A DNA stretch of 61,974 bases, the filler included. It is 11 parts of 11 records of this genome, joined end to end, with 100 filler letters (N's around TTAATTAATTAA, not from the genome) between each part and the next. Parts side by side here need not be neighbours in the genome. Positions count along the whole stretch, not along the records: positions 20,635 to 27,369 come from SRR7504441_3078; positions 27,470 to 33,130 come from SRR7504441_3079; positions 33,231 to 36,311 come from SRR7504441_3081; 8 more parts are not named here. One strand, written 5' to 3'. Below, piece after piece: positions 22,720 through 33,659 of this stretch (positions are counted from its first letter, which is position 1; the number at the start of each line of letters is the position of its first letter). The position numbers were made by a program, and so were the translations under genes. A model generated the notes under the pieces. That model saw only the letters and a list, made by a program, of their open reading frames with translations, did no database searches and was not told where the DNA came from.

Positions 22720-25192
22720 ATGGAGTCACCGGAAGGCCAGCTGCACCGTCGGGGCTGGAGCGGGCTGGACGGGCCGCCGGACTGGTGGCCCGTGGCCGAG
22801 GTGGAGCGCCAATGGCGGGCGCACCAGCCTTTGGTGCTCGAGCTGCTCCAGACACACGCCGATCGGGCGATGGATTGGAACACCGACCAGTAACCGGCCC
22901 GGGGCTCGGCCCGAGCGGGAGGGCAGGCTGATCTACGGGGGGGAGCGGGCCGGTTCGCTGGTGGCGGGGCTGCTATCGGAGCGGTTCAAGCAGCACGGGC
23001 TGATGGTGACCGCCACCCACCCGTCGGTCGACGAGGAGGACTGGCACGTGACTGGCCCCCGGTACTATGTCTCGATCATGCCCCAGGTGACCCGACCCAA
23101 CCGTTCTCCCCGAGCCGCGGCGCAGGTGCTAGACAAACTGGCTGGCCAGCCGTTGGATCGGCCGCCGCCCGAGCTGCAGAAGCTGTTGTGGCCGGACGAG
23201 GCGGCGGGGACTGCGCCGTACGTCACGGAGCTCGGTGCAGGCGGTCCGAGCCCGGCTGCTCACATTGTCGCGGACAGGCTGGACGGTGGTGCCCCCGGGC
23301 TCCCAGCCGCAACAGCTGCACGCAGACATTGTCTCAGAGGAGAGCGATCCGCCGTTCCCGAGGGTCGACGGAGTGGGCCGTTTCCACCACCTAGCCTGGA
23401 AACCGGACCGCGCCACCTGCTGCACCACCCAGATTGTCCCGGACGGGTTCGCAGAAGGGTGCGCTGTACCCGAGCACTACACACAGCTCAGGCCAGTTGG
23501 TGCGCCTGCAGTTGTGATCGACTCTGAGGCGCCACACCCGCTCGGCCCGGCTCACTTACCCATCCAGGTGCTCCACCGGGGCGGCCCGACCACGCTGACC
23601 AGCCAATGGAGCTCCACGCTCACAATCCAGCTCGCCTCGTCTGCCGGCTGGCATGCGCTTCGGTGTGGCAGGAGGGTCTCTCCAGACCTGTTAGCTCTCA
23701 CTGTGCCAATCCGCTCGATACCGGCCTCACAAGCCGCCCGGAAGCGATCCCGGCGCAGCGAGGCGTGGGAGCCGGGCAAGCACGTGGAAGTGCTCCGGGG
23801 CGGCGAGTGGGTCGGCGCGGTGCTTGAGAGGGAGCATTCGGACCTGTCGCTCCAGGTGCTCTGGAACCACAGCAATTCGTGGCAGGGCGACATCTGCGCC
23901 GGGGTGCCTCGATCCAGAATCCGGGCGGTGTGTGCCCAGTGCTGGGCTAGTCGAGCAGGAGGCAGGTGGGTGAACCGGCGCTTGGGCTCAAAGGCTGGAG
24001 TGAGCCTGAGGAAGCGAGCAGTGCGCAGCTGCTCAAGGAGCTACATCACTTGCTGGTCACGCGCGGCTGGATAGAGTGCGGACAAGGCCTGCCCTGGTGC
24101 TGGCCGCTGTTTGGGCTCGTGGAGCAGATGCATAAAGAGCACTCAGGTGGCGCAGCTCAGGGCCGGGTTTGAGCCCTGCTTGCAGCACATGTGGCCGAGC
24201 TGCTGCTACAGCGCAAGGCAAGCTGGAACCAGACTAGCTGCTGGGGCCAGACTGCGGCGGCTGAGGTTTCTGCTGAACTGGCGCCGCTGGGGATAGCGGT
24301 GTACTGCCCTCCGAGCTCGCAGATGCAGTGCGCTCCTTACAGCATGGTGGGTTACACCTCTGCTGGGCTGAATGTAATGCAGACCGGTCCGCGTTTCTAC
24401 GTCTCGATTACCGCTGCTGCGCGGGCCAAGTGGCCGGCAGGCCTACCCGGGCTGCCGGTGCCGCTGGAGGTGGGCCCTGGCTGGCTCCGCAGGATGCCGT
24501 GTGCTGCAGGAGTTGCTGTGGCCGACGGAATGCCCCGGTGGAGCCCGAGTTAGAGGAGCCGGCTGGACCTTAGCTCCCGCCAAGAGTGCCCGGCCTCGTC
24601 GGTCCCGCTCACTCGGGGCTGGCAGGCGCGCCCCAGAGCCTGCATGCCGATCTGTGGGGGGTCGAGCTGCATGAGTACAAGGGCAACAAGGTCCGGTTCC
24701 CGCACATTTTGTGGAAACCGGACCGGAAGGCCTGCTGCAACACCCAGGTCGCTCAGCCGCGCAAGCTAGCCGGGACTCGCTATAGGTGGTGCCGCGGGGC
24801 TTCTCACTGGGGGCGGTGAATGACTATGACTTTGACAGCCTCACTCAGGCAACTTGGCCGCTTTGACCGGCGCAGAGCCCGGGATCAAGGTGGAGGCTCC
24901 AGCTGTGATCATCGACTCCGAGGTGCTGCATCGCGGTGCGGCCGTCCCAGAGAGCTGCCCTGGTGGTTGGGCCTCTTCATGTTCAGTCGAGTTCTGCTCG
25001 CGCTCCGGTGGCTCAGCATTGGTTTTGGTTTGGGCTCAGGGTATACAGGCTGGGCTGCGTGGGAGTCGTACTGCACCGGTGGGACGGTTTGTTGCGGTCC
25101 AAGGCTGGGCCGACCGGGTTCGTTAGGTGCTCCCAGGAGAAGACACCCCGGAAGAGCGCACCCAGTTCGAGATGCTCACTGTAGTCTCGTGA
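22720..25192 (+). CDS. Protein with two tandem PhyH-like 2OG-Fe(II) dioxygenase domains flanking a Tudor/Agenet-like segment, multi-exon
   Basis: Repeats GPRYYVSI/GPRFYVSI, QQLHAD/QSLHAD, HLAWKPDRATCCTTQ/HILWKPDRKACCNTQ, IDSEVLHRG twice; linker WEPGKHVEVLRGGEWVGAVL. Confidence 0.7.
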
Positions 25193-25398
25193 ATGATTTC
25201 AATAATTTACTATAGCGCAGCTAGATGTTGTTCAATGTCAACAAAAGTTGAATTTGCGTAATTTCTTACTTGTACAAGTAATTGTTTCAACTGGCGAGCA
25301 TACCCTCTCTCTGTTTATTTTGTACAAGTATGGGCCACCGGAAAAATTGCTTTTAGACAATGCCATAGATGAGCCTCTAATCATGACAAGAATCATGA

Positions 25399-26901
25399 TC
25401 AATAGTAGACTCGTTGGAAACGGTCTTTTTGGGGGTCTTCCTCGTTCCAGACTAAAAAATAGCTCTCCAAGTCCATCCGACGGCAATCGGTGGGGCAAAC
25501 AACAAGGTCGGGCTTTGCTTCTTTCAAATTATTAGCCAAAGCCATGTTCTGTGCTTTAGAATTACCTGCGCATTTGTCGGCTAGGCTCAGCTTCTTGAGT
25601 GTGTCGCACGTGGCCAGTTGCTGGATGCCTTCACTAGATAGCCTGGTGCATCGATTCAAAAGCAGAGCTAGCAAGGGGAGTGACTCAGTGAGCATTGCTA
25701 GGTCCGTGTCACACACATGCGTGTAATTCAGATTCAGCCTCTGCAACTGCGAGCACCTGCCCGTGCAGAGCGGTTGGAAGATCCCCCCCTGCCCAGAGGG
25801 AGGTCCAGGGAGGTCGCTGAATATAGCGCCTACATACGTGAGGTCCAGGGATGTCAGCGACGGGCTGCTCGCAACTATTGAACGCAAGCCTTCTGCTGTG
25901 AGCTGGAGGCACCAGGGTAGCTTGAGCTTTTGCACATTGGCTACGCGTGGACCAGCGGAGCCAGTAATCACTGCCCCAGTTAGATTAAGCTCTATGATCT
26001 GCGGCAGGCTGAGCGAGCAGCCTTGGTCGTCTATAGACTTGCTGGCGACAGAGAGCTGCCTCAAACGAGTGCATGTAGCTAGGGGTCGGATGTCACTGAC
26101 TCCTGGGCACTCACTAAGCGTGAGGCTGGTCAGTGAAGTGATTCTAGACAGCGAAAGTATGCCAGGATTGGTGAACTGCAGGTGCCCACCAGACTGCAGA
26201 ACATGAAAGCAACACTGGATATCCAGGTTCTCGATGGTGCGACTGTTGGCCAGAGCAGCTAGACCGGTGTCTCCCAGCAATGAGCCATCGTGGATGCTCA
26301 GAGTCTTGAGCGCACTGTGCGCTGCCAATGCCTGGAGCACATTATCACCACAGTGCTTGGAGCCCCTCTCGTCATCATCCTCCAGCCTGGCACCCCAGTG
26401 CGTGAACTTGGTCAGGTGTGGGCAGCCCGTCGCCAATCCCGCCCACTCCTCGGCGCGGTCCCGCATCAGGTCAATGCTACGCACGCCTGTGTATTGCCGG
26501 ACCACCTCGGCCAAGCCCATACCGCTGTCCTCGTGAATGAGCAACCGTGTCACTCGAGACCGGAGGTAAACGATAGTGCGGCACCAGATGGTGCTCACCA
26601 GCACCAGCCGCGTACCAAACCCGCCGCCGCAAACCTTGGTGAAGATGGCCGATAACACCTCGGCGGGCAATTGCGACATCAGTACACTGTAGTTGCCAAA
26701 CAAGGCACGGCAGCTGCGCAGAATCATCAAGCTCGTACCTCCGCAGGGTGGCTTTCCTGCTGCCCCGCAGCCAGTTATTACGTCCACCTTGGCGGGTTTT
26801 GGTAACGGACTTTTAGCGAGTGCTGACCTCTTTTGTTGTTTAGAAAAGCGCGTGTGTATTACTAGTGTATTACAAAGATAAACGTGATCAACTGGTGACA
26901 T
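25399..26901 (-). CDS. F-box/LRR (FBXL-like) protein; true start probably 26679
   Basis: SQLPAEVLSAIF F-box-like start followed by LxxLxLxxC leucine-rich repeats. Confidence 0.8.
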   Translation of the reverse strand: MSPVDHVYLCNTLVIHTRFSKQQKRSALAKSPLPKPAKVDVITGCGAAGKPPCGGTSLMILRSCRALFGNYSVLMSQLPAEVLSAIFTKVCGGGFGTRLVLVSTIWCRTIVYLRSRVTRLLIHEDSGMGLAEVVRQYTGVRSIDLMRDRAEEWAGLATGCPHLTKFTHWGARLEDDDERGSKHCGDNVLQALAAHSALKTLSIHDGSLLGDTGLAALANSRTIENLDIQCCFHVLQSGGHLQFTNPGILSLSRITSLTSLTLSECPGVSDIRPLATCTRLRQLSVASKSIDDQGCSLSLPQIIELNLTGAVITGSAGPRVANVQKLKLPWCLQLTAEGLRSIVASSPSLTSLDLTYVGAIFSDLPGPPSGQGGIFQPLCTGRCSQLQRLNLNYTHVCDTDLAMLTESLPLLALLLNRCTRLSSEGIQQLATCDTLKKLSLADKCAGNSKAQNMALANNLKEAKPDLVVCPTDCRRMDLESYFLVWNEEDPQKDRFQRVYY

Positions 26902-26958
26902 TCCATAATGCAGTAAAACAATAGTAAATACTACTCATTAGCAAGTTTCTTTTACACA

Positions 26959-27369
26959 TCACGCCATCGATGTAAAATCTAGGAGTGCCTTAGTGTATGC
27001 CTTGCGTTCGGCTTGGCCAAACTTGATGGATCCGACGGTCTGGTCACGCATGCTACCACACATTTGTCCATGTTTCAAGCACCTCACCCACTGGCCGGTG
27101 AATTGACCTATACCATTGTTGAATTTGTGTTGATACCAGTTGAGTAGGTTGCCACAGAACATGCACGCCGCCGTCTTCGCCACCTTGCATGTGCACCCAG
27201 TCTTAGTCTGCTGATCACAGCCCTTGCAAATAACATTTTTGCGAAGCAGGTACAATACGACAGTCCCTCCCTTGCTCCGTGCAACACTGACTGAATTCTT
27301 TGAGCATACTGAGAGTCCTTCTTTTGTGTAGCACACCGGGAACGAGGCAGCCTCCGGGTTTTGACAGAT
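26959..27369 (-). CDS. 3' fragment of a Cys-rich uncharacterised protein
   Basis: Open frame to the contig edge with several CxxC pairs. Confidence 0.4.
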   Translation of the reverse strand: MCQNPEAASFPVCYTKEGLSVCSKNSVSVARSKGGTVVLYLLRKNVICKGCDQQTKTGCTCKVAKTAACMFCGNLLNWYQHKFNNGIGQFTGQWVRCLKHGQMCGSMRDQTVGSIKFGQAERKAYTKALLDFTSMA

Positions 27370-27469
27370 NNNNNNNNNNNNNNNNNNNNNNNNNNNNNNN
27401 NNNNNNNNNNNNNTTAATTAATTAANNNNNNNNNNNNNNNNNNNNNNNNNNNNNNNNNNNNNNNNNNNN

Positions 27470-30400
27470 GTCTGCTAGATCCAGTGTACAGTCAGAATAT
27501 TGGGATTCATGGTGCACTGGGCGATGCGTGCATGGAGGCAATCGGATTTGCTTGGCAACCGGATGAGAGCCCAAGCTTTGTATGCCAGGAATGCATGAAG
27601 ATGGAGTTACAACTCCAGTACAGGAAGATCCTGGTAGAAACAACAGGCCTAACCATGAGTCCACATTTATTGGATCGAGGTGCTGAGAAGAAGATTCGAT
27701 CCATGAGTGAACTGCTAAGCCTCGCCAAAAGTGTGCAGGAAGTTTATGCATCTCTTTGTACAAACGGCAGCTCTGAAAATCATGCAATACACCAGAGTCT
27801 GTGCGGTGTGTGTGATACACTGAGGGCAGCGAGCACTAGGAAGGCTAAACTCGGGATCGACGAGCTAAAGTCCGCTTTTGTCGCACTCAAGGCACTGTTA
27901 CTGAGCCCTGAAGGCGTCACTGACTATGAAATTGAGGCCAGTGGATTGCCCAATGCATGCGTAAACTACTTGAGCTGTGGAGTTTCAGATGGTTCATCGA
28001 GCAAGAATCTGACAGCAAGGCTTGAACGTCTAGAAATGCTTAGAGACGTTTTTGGCACAGATAAACGTGCTGGCAACAAGCTCGCAGGCTTGCTGCAAGC
28101 TCAGCTTTCTCAGATCGAGCAATTCAACACAATCTCTTATGATCAGGCGTCTGGCTCGCGCGGACTTCAGGCTCTGAGAAAGCCGTTGCATTTGGAATTT
28201 GTCCGTGTTCAAGGCGAAGAAAGCTTGAATAAGTGCTCCCAGTCGACTGTCCTGATCGAACCTATGGCGACTGGCCAAGACATCCAAACTTGGCTTAGCA
28301 AGAAGGTTGAGAAGCGATGGTATGAAGCAGAGCGCAGTTCTCTCAACTTTATCAAGTATGCCTGTCGAAGCTTTGAGCCAGATGCCAACACCCCAACCGG
28401 CGTGATTCATTGGATTGCAACCAACGGCGGGCAAGAGAACTGGACCAACCCGTCCAAATCAGGGCTGGTGAGCGTTACAGGACCAACTGATCTACCAAAA
28501 AGTGGATTGTTTGATTCTTCAGGCTATGTACTGGGCAATCCTGGTTGCGCATGGGTCAGTATAGATCTTGGCCTGCAGTTTGAGATACGTGCATACTCGC
28601 TGAGCTGCGCGGAGGTCTCTAGAAAAGGCTTGTTGCTCCTGGGGTCATCTACTGGCCAGGACAATGATTGGTACGTACTCGAACCCAAATCCTCCCAAGA
28701 TCCAGCTGCGCCCTGGGAGGTCTCGGTGCAGCGCAAGTATTCGACTAAAAAGAGGCCAGGATCCTCGAGTACCAAGGCGAAACCAGTCAATCCGAAGCGT
28801 GCAAAGCATTCTCAGAGGCGTGCTCGCGTTACAAGCTCAGGTCAGCTCTGTGAAGCGGAGAAGGTTGAGGTCGTCTCTTCAGTTGTTGTCTCAAAGAAGT
28901 CTGCACGTTCCACAAAAAGACAGAAAACAGTGGACGCCCCAGAAGTCACCTCCAGGCTAACAAGGAGCAGCCAGATGGATGTGTCCAAAAGAACAAGGAG
29001 TCAGGCAAAGAAGGCTACTAGCGTGCCTCGAGTGCTACGCAGTAATCAAGAGAGCAACGCTACTTGCGCAGGGCCGTCATCACAGCGAGTTCGGAAACGT
29101 GCACTTAGCAAGGCTGAGGAGCCCAGCTGTGACCTGCCTGCCGCTAATGCCACAAGAGCTCAAGACGTTGACCTTCCAAAGTCATTTCGACATTTCAAGC
29201 TTGTCGCAGAAAAGTCACAAAAGCTGCCTCCGATCAGAATCGCGCAGCTTGAGATGTTTGGAGTCGTGTCTAACGCTGTTGAGGAATTGGTCAGCCCGAC
29301 TCCCACCGGTGCCCAAGCCAGCGAGCCTGTCACATGGGAGTGGAATGACGAGACCCTGTGGAATCCGTACGATGGCCGGACAAGCGCCAGACTGGAACTG
29401 GCACATCAAATGGGAGAGGCCCGCGTCAACCTCACAACTGGGTACTTCTCCACACGGGGTGGCTATGTAGTCGATCTGCAGAGACAAGTCCAAATCAACA
29501 TGCGGACCGGAAATCAGCGAAGAATTCGTCGGCAAAAGACAGGCGCAGATCCTGATACAACACACAGGAAGAAATCGCTGTTGAGAACGCAGGCGGCTCA
29601 CGACGAAATGTCTCTGTTCCCATCGTCCCATCATATTCATGATCTGCTGGGTCCAAGCCCAGTGCTGCGTCGAGACTACTCGGCACTGGCTCCAGTCTTT
29701 GATCCAGTGAGCGATCCGCGCCGAGCGCACTCGAATCCAACACAGACTCTCCTGGTGGACTTGGAAGAAGATGCTGATGGTGAAATGGCCGAGGATGCCA
29801 CCAAGCAGCAAATCTATCTTTACATGACTTGTGACTCCAAGGAAAATGGGTCGAGCATCATCGAGCTCGCAGACAAGAAGAGCATCCTGCAGGCCGTGCA
29901 AGAAAAGTACTTGCTAGCAGCCAAAAACCGCGCTTCGGCCAAACTGGGCAGGCCTGATGCTTCATGGGTCCAGCGGCTGTGGAGGGACTCGCATAAAGTG
30001 TTCTACTCATCTAGACCTCCAACTCCAGCCAAGAAAGGCAAGCCAGTCGAGAAGGCGGAGCTGTACAGTTCAGAATGTGAAGCTGCTTGTTCAAGCATTC
30101 CACCTAAGATCTCAGCGAGCAGTGATGTAAAGAAGATCATCTTTCTGCTCCACATACTTTGTGGCTCAGGGGTGACTGACCAAGAGCAGCTGACCAGTGT
30201 CTGTTTGACCAACAAGCTCAAGACTCAAATGGATGACGTGTTGAGCCTGTGCTGTGGCACAGTCCCCCAATGGTGTTCAGAGCTGATTCGATACAACCCG
30301 CTCCTATTTGGCAAGGCTGCGCGCTTCAGCTTGTTTCAATCGAGGTCGCTCGGGTTCTCGCGCACAGTTTCTCGCTTGGACCGCCAGGCCTCCAATGCGT

Positions 30401-31521
30401 CGAGTGGCAGCCACAGCAGCTTCGCATCATGGCGGCAGCGCATTGGTCATCTGGTGACGGATCGAATTATTGTTCCACGCGACAATTCGCTCTTCTTTAG
30501 GGCAGCCGAGCACGCGATGAAGCTGCATGCACGCCGGCGCACTGTGCTCGACTTTGCGTTCGAAGGCGAAGAGGGCACCGGCTCTGGCCCAACAGCCGAG
30601 TTTTACACTTTGGTCTCTATGGGATTCAGGGACGGCTGCTGCGCCTGCATGTGGAGGGACGTGAACAGCCCAACAGGCCTGTTCCCCGCCCTCTTGCCAT
30701 CAGATCCGGCTGCTGCAGAAGAAATACTTCGCAAATGGCAATTCTTCGGGCGATTCACAGCGCGCGCGCTCCTCGACAATCGGCTGGTCGACATGCATCT
30801 CTCGACCAGCTTCTTCCAGTTGCTGTGTGGCCGCTCACTTACAATGGACGATGTCAAGAACGCGGATCCAGGCCTCGAAAGGCTGCTCGATCTGGGGGCT
30901 GAAGAGATCGAAGCTGTGTGCCAGACAATGAGCTGGGAAGGGTCCGATCTGGTGCCAGGCGGGTGCGAGCTCGACGTCACTGCCCAGAATCTTGATCGGT
31001 TCAAGCAGCTATCGGCTCAGTTTGTGCTCGCCAACGGGATCGAACAGCAGATGGCGGCCTTCTCGGTCGGGTTTGAGGAAGCCTGTCCAATCAGCTCACT
31101 GCATGCGCTCACAGCGCACGAACTGCAGCTGCAGCTCACCGGGGATGGTGCGCTAGACTGGACCTTGGAAGTCCTCCAGAGCACAATTGAGCCCAAGCAC
31201 GGCTATACTGCGGATAGTCCGGCGTTCAGCACGTTCTTAAGTGTGCTGGATCAGATGGACAATGAGGAGAGGAAAACGTTCGTTTGGTGGGCGACTGGAA
31301 GCCCGCGTTTGCCTCCTGGAGGCCTAGAAAAGCTCAGCCCGCAGAAACTGAGTGTCGTATTAAAGACTGAAGGCGACAGACACTGCGACGACATTATGGT
31401 GTCAGTAAACGTGTGCAACAAAGCCATCAAATTGCCTGCCTATAGCAGTATGGAAATACTTCGAGAGCGCCTCCGGGCAGCCATGAACACGAAAGAGGCT
31501 CGCGAGTTCACACTGACCTAA
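27470..31521 (+). CDS. HECT E3 ubiquitin ligase of the HECTD1/TRIP12/UFD4 group with WWE domain, 5'-partial, intronless over 4 kb
   Basis: FEGEEGTGSGPTAEFY, WATGSPRLPPGG, SVNVCNKAIKLPAYSS (catalytic Cys); GVIHWIATNG...WTNP; LRRDYSALAPVFDP; WEWNDE...RRIRR. Confidence 0.9.
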
Positions 31522-31928
31522 TAATTCAATGCTTGCTCCGGCAGTAGTATTTAAAAATAAACTCGTACGTATGTTTTACGTATTTGGAAGATTGTGATTG
31601 AATACGACATCAATGGACATTGATGTTCAGCCCATCATTCCTCTCAAGATCGATCGGGAATAGCCTAACTAATTACTTATGATGTTCAATGGGCCTAAAT
31701 CCGATCGCCCTGCAGCGGCCCCTCGTTTCGATTCAATTTGAAGTCGATTAGAATGGAATCGACGCGTCTCGGTCGGAGACGATTGCTCATTAATTAATTC
31801 GGTGCTCAAGCTAGCTTCATTGCTCATCAATTCTACATCAATTCGGTACTCGCATTAACGATTGTTCAAGCTTGGCCCATCAGCAAGAGCAGCAAGAGCA
31901 CTCTACTGTCTTTGAGCAGCAAGGCACT

Positions 31929-33130
31929 CTACAAAGGGACCTCGTTTAGCGCCCACGAGGGTTTGGTGTTCGACGGATCGAGCGCGGCCTTGGCTTTGTC
32001 GGTGGCTCGGACTAGCGCGTCAGCTATCCCCGGCTCGCTGTCCGAGTGCCCGGCCCCAGCCACAAATTCCAGCTCCACCTCACCGCCGGCCGCCCTCAGA
32101 GCCTTGGTGAGCCGCCAGGCGGCCTGCGGCTGGCAGACGTAGTCGGCCCTGCCGTGTACGATGAAGAGCTTGTGCCCGTGCTCGGCCATAATGTGCGCGT
32201 GGTCCAGCAGGTAGCCGCGGGGCATGAACCCGGCGTTGAGCATGTAGTGCACCTGAATCATTATCAGTAGTAGTATTAATATTAAGCAGTATCAGTAGTA
32301 CTGTAGTGGTAGTAGTATTAATATACTACTACTGAGCATGTAGCAAACCTCCATCACAGCGAATGGGATCAGCACCGACGGCGTGCCCAGGTAGTGCTCG
32401 ATCACCTTCTGGTCCACGAACGTCTTGGAGATCGACAGCTCGTACCCCACAAAGGCCGCTGCTGCCGCCGCGCGCACGGCCGGGTCAGAGTGCTGCAGCC
32501 TGTTCCAGTAAGCCCCCAGCAAGTTGCCCTGCTCGCGATCCCAGTCGGCCGACGAGTCCTGGATGTACCGGCAGTACCGCTCCCAGGCCTGCGGGTGCTG
32601 CCCGGCGGTGCCCCCTGCCGCGAACAAGTAGGAGACTTCCTCCGGGCTGAACAGGAAGACCCCCCGGAGCACGAGCGCTCGCAGCTGCCCCGGGTGGGCC
32701 TCGGCGTAGGCCAGCGCCAGGGTGGAGCCCCAGGAGCCGCCGAGCACCAGCCCCCACTGCTCGATCCCCAGGTGCGCCCGCAACCGCTCGATGTCTGCCA
32801 CCAGCGCCTGAGTGTTGTTACCCACCAGCGAGCCGGCCAGGTCGTCCGCCGCGTTAGGGATGCTCCGGCCGCTCCCGCGCTGGTCCAGGGTGACGATCTT
32901 GTAGAAGTCTGGGTCGAAGAACCTGCGGCACCGGGGCGAGCACCCAGCCCCGGGCCCGCCGTGGAGGAAGATGGCCGGCACTCCAGCCGGGTTCCCACTC
33001 ACATCGTAGTAGAGCCGGTGCCCCTCGCCCACCTCCAGGTGCCCGGACTCCAGGCATTCGATCTCCGGGTACAGGCTGGTCGGGTACGCTGCTGGCGCGC
33101 CCACCTGGTTCGACGCGTCCGAGGCTGGAG
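31929..33130 (-). CDS. pip: Proline iminopeptidase (peptidase S33), one intron 32253-32348, 5' end at contig edge
   Basis: LYPEIE, FLHGGPGAG, DQRGSGRS, GGSWGSTLALAYA, LRGVF, IVHGRADYVC, AGHS. Confidence 0.93.
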
Positions 33131-33230
33131 NNNNNNNNNNNNNNNNNNNNNNNNNNNNNNNNNNNNNNNNNNNNTTAATTAATTAANNNNNNNNNNNNNN
33201 NNNNNNNNNNNNNNNNNNNNNNNNNNNNNN

Positions 33231-33523
33231 CTGTAACGTTCTGGCCAGATGTAGGCAGCGTCACCATCTGGGACTATCGGTTATTACATAGAGGCAGGAG
33301 GAATCTGACAGCGAGAGCAAGACCTTGTTTGTACTTGGCACCAGCAAAAGAGTGGTATGCCGATGACAAGAACAAGTTCCCGAGCTGCTCGATATTTAAC
33401 CAGAACCCCGGCCAGGGGCTGGTGCCCGAGAGGCTGCAACCGCGTCTGCCCTCGTTTTTGGACATGTTAGATTGCGACCCAAATATAGGTAGCGATTATT
33501 CAAGCGATGAGAGCAACGACTAA
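33231..33523 (+). CDS. 3' fragment of a PhyH-like dioxygenase
   Basis: GSVTIWDYRLLHRGRRNLTARARPCLY in the frame of ORF 33329-33523. Confidence 0.6.
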
Positions 33524-33659
33524 TCAAAAACTGCCCAACCAAGCAAGCGCAACGAGTAGCCGTCAATCAATATTAAAATTACGGTACTGTACCATACATG
33601 ACCGTGTACACATAATTATAAAGCGCATGAGGTTCAAATCGAATAAATGTATAGCAGGG

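Noticed and set aside
31929-33130. Bacterial-like pip (and DUF1275) as recent HGT or contamination
   Set aside because: pip has a spliceosomal intron and both families are widespread in protists. Cannot be claimed without phylogeny.
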